A model generated the notes under the pieces. It saw only the letters and a program-made list of their open reading frames with translations. It made no database searches and was not told the DNA's origin. Shown piece after piece: positions 9,905-19,206 of a DNA stretch of 64,000 bases. The translations under genes and the position numbers were made by a program. Where the stretch lies: assembly GCA_044360305.1 (NCBI GenBank), contig JBIKKQ010000001.1, forward strand, positions 6,760-70,759, in the 5' to 3' direction. Within the stretch, counting starts at the first letter, position 1, and each line of letters opens with the position of its first letter. The DNA is from Pirellulales bacterium (lineage in GTDB: Bacteria; Planctomycetota; Planctomycetia; Pirellulales; UBA1268).

Positions 9905-9928
9905 ACTTCGTGACGAATTTCACGAAGT
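9905..9928. promoter_or_regulatory. Perfect 9-bp inverted repeat ACTTCGTGA-N6-TCACGAAGT upstream of nuoA (candidate operator)
   Basis: Read directly. The core GTGA-N6-TCAC has the spacing of CRP-family (TGTGA-N6-TCACA) and Rex (TTGTGAA-N4-TTCACAA) sites. It lies 55-70 nt upstream of the nuoA start. Confidence 0.4.
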
Positions 9929-9982
9929 CGGTTTCCACGGCCGATTTGTGCGATTCCGGGCCGCTCGTGGGCGGCCCACCCG

Positions 9983-10393
9983 GTGGGTCAGCACGCCATG
10001 GACGCCATCCTTCCAGTCCTGTTGTTCGTCGCCATCGCGGCCGCGGTGTCGGTGGGCCTCGTCGTGGTCGCCCAACTGATCGGCCCGCGCCGGTCGGGGG
10101 CGGTCAAGGAGATGCCCTACGAGAGCGGGATGGACCCGATCCACGACACCCGCCGCCGGTTCGACGTCCGTTTCCATCTCGTGGCGATTACGTTCCTCGT
10201 GTTCGACGTGGAGCTGCTGTTCCTCTACCCGTGGGCGGTGGCCAGCCGGTCGGCGGCCGGGATCGACGCCGCCGTGGCGGGGGGCATCGTCTCCTCGCGC
10301 GGGCTGGTGTTCGCGGGGGCGATGCTGTTCGTGGCCCTGGTGATCGTCGGGTTCGCCTACGACTGGCGCAAGGGGGTGTTCCGATGGCGTTGA
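9983..10393 (+). CDS. nuoA: NADH-quinone oxidoreductase subunit A
   Basis: [44 protein letters not shown]. Alternative start at 9998. Confidence 0.9.
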   Translation: MGQHAMDAILPVLLFVAIAAAVSVGLVVVAQLIGPRRSGAVKEMPYESGMDPIHDTRRRFDVRFHLVAITFLVFDVELLFLYPWAVASRSAAGIDAAVAGGIVSSRGLVFAGAMLFVALVIVGFAYDWRKGVFRWR

Positions 10394-11058
10394 AGAGCAC
10401 TCCGGCATCGCTGGATGCGATGCCGTTCGGACGTGAAAAGGCCAGGGATGGCTTTTCAAGCGGACCGCTGGAACTGCCCGAGAACGTGGTCGTCAGCCGG
10501 CTCGACGCGCTGGCCAACTGGTGCCGGAAGAACAGCCTCTGGCCGATGCCGTTCGCCACAGCCTGCTGCGGCATCGAGCTGATGGCCACCGGAGCCAGCA
10601 AGCACGACCTCGCCCGGTTCGGCGCCGAGGTCTTCCGGTTCAGCCCGCGGCAGTGCGACCTGATGATCGTCGCCGGCCGGGTCGTGATGAAGATGCTGCC
10701 GGTGCTGCAGCGGATCTGGCAGCAGATGCACGAGCCCAAGTGGTGCATCTCGATGGGCGCCTGCGCCAGCACCGGCGGCGTGTTCGACACCTACGCCGTG
10801 GTCCAGGGGATCGACCGGTTCATCCCGGTGGACATGTACGTCCCCGGCTGCCCGCCGCGGCCCGAGCAGCTGATCCAGGCGATCATCGATCTCCAGGACA
10901 AGATCCAGGCGGAGGGCACGATCACCGGCCGCGAGTTCGACACCGCAGGCCGGCAGCTGCGGAAGCGGGCCCTCGTCGAGGTCGTCGGTCCGGTCCCGGT
11001 CGACGCCGCCCGCAACCCCGTCCTCCAGCGCCGGCTGTCGGCCGCGGCGGACGGCTGA
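10384..11058 (+). CDS. nuoB: NADH-quinone oxidoreductase subunit B
   Basis: [50 protein letters not shown]...[44 protein letters not shown] at 10384 overlaps the nuoA end. Confidence 0.92.
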   Translation: MALKSTPASLDAMPFGREKARDGFSSGPLELPENVVVSRLDALANWCRKNSLWPMPFATACCGIELMATGASKHDLARFGAEVFRFSPRQCDLMIVAGRVVMKMLPVLQRIWQQMHEPKWCISMGACASTGGVFDTYAVVQGIDRFIPVDMYVPGCPPRPEQLIQAIIDLQDKIQAEGTITGREFDTAGRQLRKRALVEVVGPVPVDAARNPVLQRRLSAAADG

Positions 11059-11086
11059 AACCGCGACGCCACCACGCATCACGCCC

Positions 11087-11596
11087 ATGACCAGCCAGAC
11101 GCCCACCGTTGACGACGCGATCACCGAGCTGAAGTCCCGGTTCGCCGCCGTGGAATCCGACACCTTCCGCGGCCAGGCGCGGGTCGTCGTCCCCGCCCCG
11201 GACTCCCTCGACGCCCTCCGCCTCCTGCGGCAGCTGGGCTTCGACCTGCTCGTGGACGTGACCTGCGTCGACTATCTCGAGTATCGCGGCGCCCGCCACC
11301 GCTACGGCCTCGTCTACCTGCTCGCCTCGACGGCCACGAATCGTCGGCTCACCGTCCGCGTGTTCGTGGACGATCCCGATCCGGCGGTCGCCAGCGTGGT
11401 GCCGCTGTGGGAGGGGGCGAACTGGCTGGAGCGCGAGGTCTGGGACCTGTTCGGCATCCGCTTCATCGGCCATCCCGACCTGCGCCGGCTGGTGATGCCC
11501 GAGGAGTTCACGGCCCATCCGCTGCGCAAGGACTACCCCCTGCAGGGCCGCGGCGAGCGGCACAACTTCCCCGTGATCACCCGGGAGCAGAGCTGA
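11087..11596 (+). CDS. nuoC: NADH-quinone oxidoreductase subunit C
   Basis: ANWLEREVWDLFGIRFIGHPDLRRLVMPEEFTAHPLRKDYPLQG. Confidence 0.9.
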   Translation: MTSQTPTVDDAITELKSRFAAVESDTFRGQARVVVPAPDSLDALRLLRQLGFDLLVDVTCVDYLEYRGARHRYGLVYLLASTATNRRLTVRVFVDDPDPAVASVVPLWEGANWLEREVWDLFGIRFIGHPDLRRLVMPEEFTAHPLRKDYPLQGRGERHNFPVITREQS

Positions 11597-11635
11597 TCCC
11601 CGCGGCATTGCCCCCCGACGCCGAGCCCACGAACC

Positions 11636-12874
11636 ATGTCCATCGCCCCACCCGACGCCGCCGTCCTCGAGCCTCTGCCCCGGGCCTCCACCCGGTCGGA
11701 GGAGTACACCTGGACGCTGAACTTCGGGCCCCAGCACCCGGCGACGCACACCACGCTGCGGCTGGTGCTGAAGCTGGAGGGGGAGCGGGTGGTCGATGCC
11801 CTGCCGGAGATGGGCTACCTGCACTCCGGCTTCGAGAAGATCGGCGAGCACCTGACGTTCAATCAGTACGTCACGGTCACCGACCGGATGAACTACATCT
11901 CGCCGATGGCCAACAACGTGGCCTGGCACCATGCCGTGGAGACGCTCCTCGGCATCGAGCTCACGCCGCGCTGCCGCTCGATCCGCACGATCATCGCCGA
12001 GCTCGCCCGGATCAGCGACCACCTGCTGTGCAACGGGGCCGTCGGGCTCGACACCGGGGCGTTCACCTTCTTCCTGTATGCGTTCTATCAGCGGGAGGTG
12101 ATCTACGACATCTTCGAGACGCTGTGCGGCGCCCGGTTCACGAACTCCTACACCCGTGTCGGCGGCGTGTCGCAGGACTTCACGCCGCTGGTGATCGAGA
12201 AGATCCGGACCTTCGTCCGCACCTTCCCCAAGACGCTCGACGACATGGAGCGGCTCCTGACCCGGAATCGGATCTTCGTGGACCGGACCCGGGGCGTGGG
12301 CGTGCTGACCCGCGAGGAGGCGATCGCCCGCGGCGCGACCGGGCCGGTGGCCCGGGCCAGCGGCGTGACTCGCGACCTGCGGAAGGACGAGCCCTACCTG
12401 GCCTACGCCGACTTCGACTTCCGGGTCTGCTGCGCGTCGGCCGGCGACTGCTACGCCCGGTACCTCGTGCGGATGCAGGAGATGCGCGAGAGCCTGAAGA
12501 TCGTGGAGCAGGCGTTGGAAAACCTCCCTGCCGGCCCGGTGGACGTGGGCATCGACCAGCGGATGGCCCTGCCCGGCAAGGGGCAGGTGTATTCGACGAT
12601 CGAGGGGACGATCTCGCACTTCGAGCTGTCGATGAGCAACCGGGGCTTCGAGGTTCCGTGCGCCGAGTCCTACGCGGCGATCGAGGCCCCCAACGGCGAA
12701 CTCGGGTTCTACCTCGTCGGTGACGGCGGCGAATGCGCCTACCGGGCCCGCTGCCGGCCGCCGTCGGTGCTGCACTTCGCCCTGTTCCCGCACCTGATCC
12801 GCGGCCACACGCTCTCCGACGTGGTGGCCGTGCTCGGCAGCCTGAACATCATCGCCGCGGAGCTCGACCGATGA
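11636..12874 (+). CDS. nuoD: NADH-quinone oxidoreductase subunit D
   Basis: LNFGPQHPATHTTLRLVLKLEGERVVDALPEMGYLHSGFEKIGEH...GDCYARYLVRMQEMRESLKIV...LGSLNIIAAELDR. Confidence 0.95.
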   Translation: MSIAPPDAAVLEPLPRASTRSEEYTWTLNFGPQHPATHTTLRLVLKLEGERVVDALPEMGYLHSGFEKIGEHLTFNQYVTVTDRMNYISPMANNVAWHHAVETLLGIELTPRCRSIRTIIAELARISDHLLCNGAVGLDTGAFTFFLYAFYQREVIYDIFETLCGARFTNSYTRVGGVSQDFTPLVIEKIRTFVRTFPKTLDDMERLLTRNRIFVDRTRGVGVLTREEAIARGATGPVARASGVTRDLRKDEPYLAYADFDFRVCCASAGDCYARYLVRMQEMRESLKIVEQALENLPAGPVDVGIDQRMALPGKGQVYSTIEGTISHFELSMSNRGFEVPCAESYAAIEAPNGELGFYLVGDGGECAYRARCRPPSVLHFALFPHLIRGHTLSDVVAVLGSLNIIAAELDR

Positions 12875-12899
12875 CCCCCTGCCTTCCCTGTCATCGTCA

Positions 12900-13037
12900 G
12901 GCCGGGGTTGCCCGTGCCGATGAGCCGGCGTTGCCGGCCAGCGCAGCCAGGATGGCGAAGCGCAGCCGGCATCGAGTGAGCGCAGGCCAGGAGGGCCGCA
13001 GCGAACGTCCGGCGCGACGGCACGGGCAACCCCGGCC
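12900..13037. repeat. 20-bp perfect inverted repeat pair (12900-12919 / 13018-13037) with a 98-nt spacer, in the nuoD-nuoE gap
   Basis: GGCCGGGGTTGCCCGTGCCG and its exact reverse complement CGGCACGGGCAACCCCGGCC, read directly. An inner hairpin CCGGCGTTGCCGG lies near 12925. Confidence 0.85.
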
Positions 13038-13082
13038 GGCCCCGGCGACCAAGGTCTCACAGGCGCCGACACCATTCAACAC

Positions 13083-13580
13083 ATGATCGCCCCGCAGAAA
13101 TTCCTCACCGACGAGATGGTGGCCCGGATCGAGGCCCTCGCGCCCCGGTATCCCAACCGGCGGGCGCTCACGCTGCCGGCGCTGCACATCGTCAACGCCG
13201 CGCTCCACCACGTGCCGCTCGGCGCCGTGGCCGAGATCGCCGCCCTGCTCGGGCTGGCGCCGGCGGAGGTCCAGGACACGCTCACCTTCTACCAGTTCTT
13301 CCACCAGGAGAAGCCGCATGGCGAGGTGCGGGCCTTCGTCTGCCGGTCGCTGTCCTGCGCCCTGCGCGGCGGCGACCAGCTCCTCGAGCAACTCTGCCAG
13401 GCCCACGGCATCGAACCCTACGGGACGACGGCCGACGGCCGGCTGACGATCGAGCCGGCGGAGTGCCTCGGGGCATGCGACTTCGCCCCCTGCATCCTCG
13501 CCAACGACGACCTGCTCCGAAACATGACCCCCGAGGCCGCCGCGGCGGAACTCGGCAAGCCGCGGGCGAGGGCCACCTGA
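13083..13580 (+). CDS. nuoE: NADH-quinone oxidoreductase subunit E (2Fe-2S)
   Basis: RALTLPALHIVN...DTLTFYQFFH...VCRSLSCALRGG...ECLGACDFAPC. Confidence 0.9.
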   Translation: MIAPQKFLTDEMVARIEALAPRYPNRRALTLPALHIVNAALHHVPLGAVAEIAALLGLAPAEVQDTLTFYQFFHQEKPHGEVRAFVCRSLSCALRGGDQLLEQLCQAHGIEPYGTTADGRLTIEPAECLGACDFAPCILANDDLLRNMTPEAAAAELGKPRARAT

Positions 13581-13582
13581 CC

Positions 13583-14938
13583 ATGCAGCCGTTCCAGCCC
13601 GTCCTGCTCGAGGCCGTCGGCGTGCCCGACGGCCACACGATCGCCAGTTACAAGTCGCGCGGCGGCTACGCGCCGCTCGAGGCCACGCTCGCGGGAAAGC
13701 AGCCGGCCGACGTGATCGAGATGGTCAAGGCCTCCGGCCTGCGCGGCCGCGGCGGCGCCGGCTTCCCGACGGGGCTCAAGTGGACGTTCCTCCCCAAGGA
13801 CCACCCGGGGCCGATCTACCTGTGCGTCAACGCCGACGAGAGCGAGCCGGGGACGTTCAACAACCGGATCCTGATGGAGGACGACCCGCACCAGGTGATC
13901 GAGGGGATCATCCTGTCGTCGTTCGCCACGCGGACCACGACGGCCTACATCTACCTGCGGTACGAGTATCCCCGAAGCTGGCACCGGCTCCAGGGGGCGA
14001 TCGACGAGGCCTACGCGGCCGGCTACCTCGGGAAGAACATCCGGGGCAGCGGCTTCTCCCTCGACATCTACCTGCACCGCGGCGCCGCCGCCTACATCTG
14101 CGGCGAGGAGACGGGGCTGATCGAGAGCCTGGAGGGGAAGCGGGCCTGGCCGCGGATCAAGCCGCCGTTTCCGGCCATCGAGGGGCTGTTCCGCAAGCCG
14201 ACGGTCGTCAACAACATCGAGACGATGGCCTGCGTGGCCCAGATCGCCCGGCGCGGCATCGACTGGTTCAAGTCGATCGGCGTCCCTCCCGATCCTGCCA
14301 ACCCGCGCGATCCCGGTTCCTACGGTCCCAAGCTGTACTGCCTGTCGGGGCACGTCGAACGGCCGGGCTGCTACGAGGCGCCGCTGGGGATCACGGCCCG
14401 CGAACTGATCGACCGCCACGGCGGCGGCGTCTGGAAGGGCCGCAAGGCCAAGGCGGTGATCCCCGGCGGGATCTCGATGGGGCTGATGACCGAGAGCGAG
14501 CTCGACACGCCGCTCGACTTCGCCGGCCCCGGCCGGGTCGGCTGCCTCGGCCTGGGCACGGCAGCCGTGGTCGTGATCGACGACCAGACGAGCATCGTGG
14601 ACGTGCTCCACAACTCGGCCCGGTTCTTCGCCCACGAGTCGTGCGGCCAGTGCACCCCCTGCCGCGAGGGCACGAGCTGGTCGCTGCGGATCCTGGAACG
14701 GATCCGGGCGGGCAAGGGCCGGCTCAGGGACCTCGACATCCTCCTCGAGCTCGGCAGCACCATGGGGATGATGCCGGGGAGCACGATCTGCGGGCTGGCC
14801 GACGGCGCCGCCTGGCCGATGAAGAACGCGATCAAGAAGTTCCGCGGCGAGTTCGAGGACTATATCAAGCGAACCAACCCCTCCGGCTGGATGGTGACCG
14901 ATCCCGTCCCGGCCCTCGCGATCGTGGGAGCGCACTGA
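13583..14938 (+). CDS. nuoF: NADH-quinone oxidoreductase subunit F (FMN/NADH-binding)
   Basis: SGLRGRGGAGFPTGLKWTF...YLCVNADESEPGTFNNR...YICGEETGLIESLEG...ESCGQCTPCREG. ATG at 13583 within ORF 13463..14938. Confidence 0.95.
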   Translation: MQPFQPVLLEAVGVPDGHTIASYKSRGGYAPLEATLAGKQPADVIEMVKASGLRGRGGAGFPTGLKWTFLPKDHPGPIYLCVNADESEPGTFNNRILMEDDPHQVIEGIILSSFATRTTTAYIYLRYEYPRSWHRLQGAIDEAYAAGYLGKNIRGSGFSLDIYLHRGAAAYICGEETGLIESLEGKRAWPRIKPPFPAIEGLFRKPTVVNNIETMACVAQIARRGIDWFKSIGVPPDPANPRDPGSYGPKLYCLSGHVERPGCYEAPLGITARELIDRHGGGVWKGRKAKAVIPGGISMGLMTESELDTPLDFAGPGRVGCLGLGTAAVVVIDDQTSIVDVLHNSARFFAHESCGQCTPCREGTSWSLRILERIRAGKGRLRDLDILLELGSTMGMMPGSTICGLADGAAWPMKNAIKKFRGEFEDYIKRTNPSGWMVTDPVPALAIVGAH

Positions 14939-16557
14939 TGCCGGTCGTCATCGTCGATGGACAGGAGATCGAGATCGGGGCCGACGAGCGGCTCAACTGC
15001 ATCGAGGCCGCCCGCCGGGCCGGCAAGGAGATTCCCCACTACTGCTGGCACCCGGGGCTGTCGGTCGTGGCCAGCTGCCGGATGTGCCTGATCGAGACCG
15101 GCCAGCGGGACGCGGCCACCGGCAAGGTGACGATGGTGCCGAAGCTCGTGCCGGGCTGCCAGACGCCCGTCCGCGACGGCACGGTGATCGTCACCGAAAG
15201 CGAGACGGTGAAGGCCAGCCGGGCCCGGGTCGAGGAGGCGCTGCTCATCGACCACCCAATCGACTGCCCGATCTGCGACAAGGCGGGGGAGTGCCTGCTC
15301 CAGGACTACCACTTCCAGCACGGCCAGCCGGAGCGCCGGGCCGACATCCATGCGTTCCACAGCCGGAAGCGCGACGTCGGCCCGACGGTCACGCTGTTCG
15401 TGGACCGGTGCATCATGTGCACCCGCTGCGTGCGGTTCACCCGCGAGATCTCCGGCACGGCCGAACTGATGGTCACGTCGCGCGGTGCCAAGGAGGAGAT
15501 CGACGTCTTTCCCGGCCAGCCGCTGGCCAACAAACTCGCCGGCAACGTCGTCGATCTCTGCCCGGTCGGCGCGCTCGGCGACAAGGACTTCCTCTATCAG
15601 CAGCGGGTCTGGTTCCTGAAACGCGAGGCCAACGTCTGCGGCGGCTGCTCGGCCGGCTGCTCGATCCACACCGAGCACAACCAGGACACCGTCTACCGGC
15701 TCAAGCCCCGCGAGAACCCGCACGTCAACGGCTGGTGGATGTGCGACGACGGCCGCTACGGCTGGCACCACCTGCACGACGACGCCCGGCTGCTGGCGGC
15801 AGGCCGCCGCGATCCGGCGGTCCGAAGCGGGGATTTTCTCCCGGTCGAATGGGCCGACGTCGGCGCGGGCCTCCGCGACGACCTGAAGAAGGCGGGGAGG
15901 CTCGCCGTCGCCGTGTCGCCGATGCTCACCGTCGAGGAGGCGTGGATGCTCTGCGCCGTCGCCCGGTCGATCGACCCCGAGGCGTTCCTCGCCGTCGGCC
16001 ACGTGCCGCGATCCGGGGACGACGAGACGTTCCCCGGCGGGTTCACGATCCGCGCCGAGAAGTGCCCCAACCGGCTCGGCGTGACGGCGGTGCTCGAAGC
16101 GTACGGCGCCGGCGGCAGGTCGTGGGACGACCTCGTGCGTCACGTGGCCTCCGGCAACGCCGATGCGGCCTGGATCACGGCCGGCTATCCGGGTCCGTGG
16201 ATCGACGAATCGGCCTCGGCGGCGTTCGCCGACCTGCGCTGCCTCGTCATCCAGGACCTGTTCGATTCGCCGCTGGCCCGGCTGGCCACCTGGCGGCTCC
16301 CCGCGGCCGGCTTTGCCGAGCGGGCGGGCACGTGGGTGAACGTCGCCCACCGCGCCCAGACGTTCCGGCAGGCGATCCGGCCGCCGGCGGGCGTCTGGCC
16401 CGAGGGGCGGCTGTACTGGAACATGCTCGGCCGCAGCGGGCTCTACGACCCCGATGCCGTCCGGCGCCAGCTCGCCACCTCGACCGTCGCGCTGGCCGCC
16501 CTCGCGGGTGACATTCCGGCCACCGGCGTCGATCTCCGCATCCTCCAACTCGCCTGA
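14938..16557 (+). CDS. nuoG: NADH-quinone oxidoreductase subunit G (short, 539 aa)
   Basis: MPVVIVDGQEIEI...IPHYCWHPGLSVVASCRMCLIE...IDCPICDKAGECLLQDY...CIMCTRCVRF...VDLCPVGAL. The ATG overlaps the nuoF stop (ATGA-type overlap at 14936-14940). Confidence 0.9.
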   Translation: MPVVIVDGQEIEIGADERLNCIEAARRAGKEIPHYCWHPGLSVVASCRMCLIETGQRDAATGKVTMVPKLVPGCQTPVRDGTVIVTESETVKASRARVEEALLIDHPIDCPICDKAGECLLQDYHFQHGQPERRADIHAFHSRKRDVGPTVTLFVDRCIMCTRCVRFTREISGTAELMVTSRGAKEEIDVFPGQPLANKLAGNVVDLCPVGALGDKDFLYQQRVWFLKREANVCGGCSAGCSIHTEHNQDTVYRLKPRENPHVNGWWMCDDGRYGWHHLHDDARLLAAGRRDPAVRSGDFLPVEWADVGAGLRDDLKKAGRLAVAVSPMLTVEEAWMLCAVARSIDPEAFLAVGHVPRSGDDETFPGGFTIRAEKCPNRLGVTAVLEAYGAGGRSWDDLVRHVASGNADAAWITAGYPGPWIDESASAAFADLRCLVIQDLFDSPLARLATWRLPAAGFAERAGTWVNVAHRAQTFRQAIRPPAGVWPEGRLYWNMLGRSGLYDPDAVRRQLATSTVALAALAGDIPATGVDLRILQLA

Positions 16558-16563
16558 CGCGCC

Positions 16564-17817
16564 ATGGGCTTCCTTCCCTCCCCCACCACGCTCGCCGCAC
16601 TCGCCAAGATCGGCCTCCTCGTCGGCGGCCTGATGACGGCGGCCGCCTACCTCGTGCTCGTCGAGCGCTGGATGGCGGCCTGGGTGCAGGACCGCAAGGG
16701 CCCCAACCGGGTCGGCATCCCGCTCACCAAGATCCGCTTGTTCGGGCTCGGCCAGCCGCTGGCCGACGGTCTGAAGATCATCCTCAAGGAGGACTTCACG
16801 CCCCGGCACGTCGATCGGGTGCTGTACACGGCGGCCCCGCTCGTCATCCTCGCCGCGTCGCTGGCGATCTTCGCGGCCATCCCCTTCGGCAGCGTCCTGC
16901 CGCCGCTGGGCATCGCCGGCCTGCCCGATCCGGTGCCGTTCCTCGTCGCCCCCGGCCTCGACGTCGGCGTGCTCTGGGTGTTCGCCCTGTCCAGCATCGC
17001 CGTCTACGGCGTCCTGCTCGGCGGCTGGGCGAGCAACAACAAGTACGGCTTCCTCGGCGGCCTGCGGTCGAGCGCCCAGCTCGTGGCCTACGAGATCCCG
17101 CTCGGCCTTGGCCTGCTCGGCGTCGTGCTGGCGGCCGGGTCGCTCAAACTCGACGCCATCATGAACGCCCAGGCGGAGAGCGGCATCTGGTACGCCTTCG
17201 CGCAGCCGCTGGGGTTCGTGGTGTTCCTCGTGGCGAGCTTCGCCGAGGCGGCCCGGCTCCCCTTCGACCTGCCCGAGGCGGAGCAGGAACTGGTGGGCGG
17301 GTATCACACCGAGTATTCCGGCATCAAGCTCCTGCTGTTTCTCGTGGCCGAGTTCCTCCACATGGTCACAGCCGCGTTCCTGATCGTGATCATGTTTCTC
17401 GGCGGCTGGCACCTGTGGGGCGTGACCGGCGCGGCGCAGGAGATCTCCTGGCTGCAGTGCCTGATCCGCTTCGGGGTGCTGTCGGCCAAGATTCTCGCCG
17501 TGATCCTGTTCTTCATGCTCGTCCGCTGGAGCTGGCCGCGGTTCCGCTTCGACCAGCTGATGAACCTGGCCTGGAAGGTGATGCTGCCGCTGGGGCTGGC
17601 GAACCTCGTGACCGTGGCCACGATCGAGGAGTTCCGGCCGCAGCTCGTGGCGGTCCTCGGATCCGGAGCCGCGCAGGTCGTCGCGCTGGCGGCGCCGTGG
17701 GTCGTGTTCTTCCTCGGCTGGATCGCGGCCGGCCTGCTCACCCCCTCCGGCAGCGACAACCGGCCGGTCCGCACCACCGGCCCGCTCGACGTCGAGCACG
17801 AACTCGTGGAGATCTGA
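16564..17817 (+). CDS. nuoH: NADH-quinone oxidoreductase subunit H
   Basis: VERWMAAWVQDRKGPNRVG...GGWASNNKYGFLGGLRSSAQLVAYEIPLGL...EAEQELVGGYHTEYSG. Confidence 0.95.
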   Translation: MGFLPSPTTLAALAKIGLLVGGLMTAAAYLVLVERWMAAWVQDRKGPNRVGIPLTKIRLFGLGQPLADGLKIILKEDFTPRHVDRVLYTAAPLVILAASLAIFAAIPFGSVLPPLGIAGLPDPVPFLVAPGLDVGVLWVFALSSIAVYGVLLGGWASNNKYGFLGGLRSSAQLVAYEIPLGLGLLGVVLAAGSLKLDAIMNAQAESGIWYAFAQPLGFVVFLVASFAEAARLPFDLPEAEQELVGGYHTEYSGIKLLLFLVAEFLHMVTAAFLIVIMFLGGWHLWGVTGAAQEISWLQCLIRFGVLSAKILAVILFFMLVRWSWPRFRFDQLMNLAWKVMLPLGLANLVTVATIEEFRPQLVAVLGSGAAQVVALAAPWVVFFLGWIAAGLLTPSGSDNRPVRTTGPLDVEHELVEI

Positions 17818-17818
17818 C

Positions 17819-18352
17819 ATGCAGCCGACGGACCCCGCCATCGTCTGGCTCGAGGAGAAGCCGCTGGGCCTGGCCGAGCGGCTGTTCCTGCCGCTCTTCG
17901 TCCAGGGCCTGACGACGACCGCCCGGCACCTCGTCAGCCCGAAGGTCACGGTCAGCTTCCCGGAGCAGCGGCCGCAGGTCGGCAACCCGCTCATCTACCG
18001 CGGCGTCCACCGGCTCAACCGCGACGCCGAAGGGCGGGTGAAGTGCGTCGCCTGCTTCCTCTGCGCCACCGCCTGCCCGGCCCACTGCATCGACATCGTG
18101 GCGGCGGAGAGCCCGTGGCCGGACCGGGAGAAGTATCCGGAGAGCTTCCAGATCGACGAACTGCGGTGCATCTTCTGCGGGATGTGCGAGGAGGCCTGCC
18201 CGGTGGATGCCATCGAGCTGACGAGCCTCCTCGACCTCACCGGCCGGAGCCGCGAGGAGATGATCTTCGACAAGGAGAAGCTGCTCGGCGTCTACGACAT
18301 GACGAAGGACGCGGAGCCGATGAAGTCGGCGAGCCTGGGAGTCGCGCCGTGA
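17819..18352 (+). CDS. nuoI: NADH-quinone oxidoreductase subunit I (2x 4Fe-4S)
   Basis: CVACFLCATACPAHCI and CIFCGMCEEACPVDAI ferredoxin motifs. Confidence 0.95.
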   Translation: MQPTDPAIVWLEEKPLGLAERLFLPLFVQGLTTTARHLVSPKVTVSFPEQRPQVGNPLIYRGVHRLNRDAEGRVKCVACFLCATACPAHCIDIVAAESPWPDREKYPESFQIDELRCIFCGMCEEACPVDAIELTSLLDLTGRSREEMIFDKEKLLGVYDMTKDAEPMKSASLGVAP

Positions 18353-19206
18353 TCGCCTCCCTCCTCGCCATCGACGATGGGCTCGCGCTCGCCGGCAGCG
18401 TCGCGGCCACCGCGCTCAGCCTGTGGATGCTGCTGCCGCGGGGCGTGGAACGCCGCCTCGCCCGCTGGCTCGGCACCGGCCTCGGCGTCCTCGCCCTCGC
18501 CGGATTCGTGCTCACCGGCCGACGGCTCGGCGGCCTCGGCGAGGAGGCGGTGTTTCTCGTCGTGTCGCTCGTGGCCGTCGTCTCCGCGGCGGCGACGATC
18601 GTCTCGCGGTCGCCGGTCTACGCCGCCATCTGGTTCGCGCTGGCCCTGTGCGGCGTGGCGGGCGTGCTCCTCGTCCTCGGAGCGCAGTTCCTGGGCGTGG
18701 CCACGATCGTCGTCTACGCCGGAGCGATCCTCGTGATGTTCCTGTTCGTGCTCATGCTGGCGCAGCCGGCCGGGCTCGCCGCCTACGACCGTGTGTCGAG
18801 CGAGCCGCTGCTGGCGGCCGTGGCGGGCGCGGTCCTCCTCGGCCTCCTCTCGCTGTCGATCGGCCGGCTGTCGGCCGAGCCGGCCGCCTGCTGCAAGGCT
18901 CCCTCGCGGGCCGCGGCCCTGGCGACCGGCGCGACGCCTCCCGCCAACGACGCGGCGGACGCCGAACGCTCCGCCGACCAGGCGCCGGCCGGTGAACCCA
19001 CCGCCGCACCCGCCGCCCCGACCGAGGACCGGCTCGCCCGGGACCAAGTCGCCCGGCTGGGGGCCGAGCTGTTCGGCCGCCACCTGCTCGCCGTCGAGGC
19101 CGCGGGGCTGCTGCTGCTCGTCGCCCTCATCGGTTCGATCGCCATGGTCTCCCGCGGCGCCGAGGCGGCCGCCGCACACGCCACGGATCGGGGTGCCGAC
19201 GCATGA
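18349..19206 (+). CDS. nuoJ: NADH-quinone oxidoreductase subunit J (with low-complexity insertion)
   Basis: The GTG at 18349 overlaps the nuoI stop (GTGA). IVSRSPVYAAIWFALALCGVAGVLLVLGAQFLGVATIVVYAGAILVMFLFVLML...LLLLVALIGSIAM. The Ala/Pro-rich stretch CCKAPSRAAALATGATPPANDAADAERSADQAPAGEPTAAPAAPTED lies between helices. Confidence 0.8.
   Translation: MIASLLAIDDGLALAGSVAATALSLWMLLPRGVERRLARWLGTGLGVLALAGFVLTGRRLGGLGEEAVFLVVSLVAVVSAAATIVSRSPVYAAIWFALALCGVAGVLLVLGAQFLGVATIVVYAGAILVMFLFVLMLAQPAGLAAYDRVSSEPLLAAVAGAVLLGLLSLSIGRLSAEPAACCKAPSRAAALATGATPPANDAADAERSADQAPAGEPTAAPAAPTEDRLARDQVARLGAELFGRHLLAVEAAGLLLLVALIGSIAMVSRGAEAAAAHATDRGADA

Noticed and set aside
12875-13029. Minus-strand mini-ORF beginning MPVPSRRTFAAALLACAHS (Tat-signal-like) inside the nuoD-nuoE gap
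   Set aside because: The twin-Arg look is probably accidental. The ORF starts inside the inverted-repeat arm and continues antisense into nuoD. There is no mature domain.
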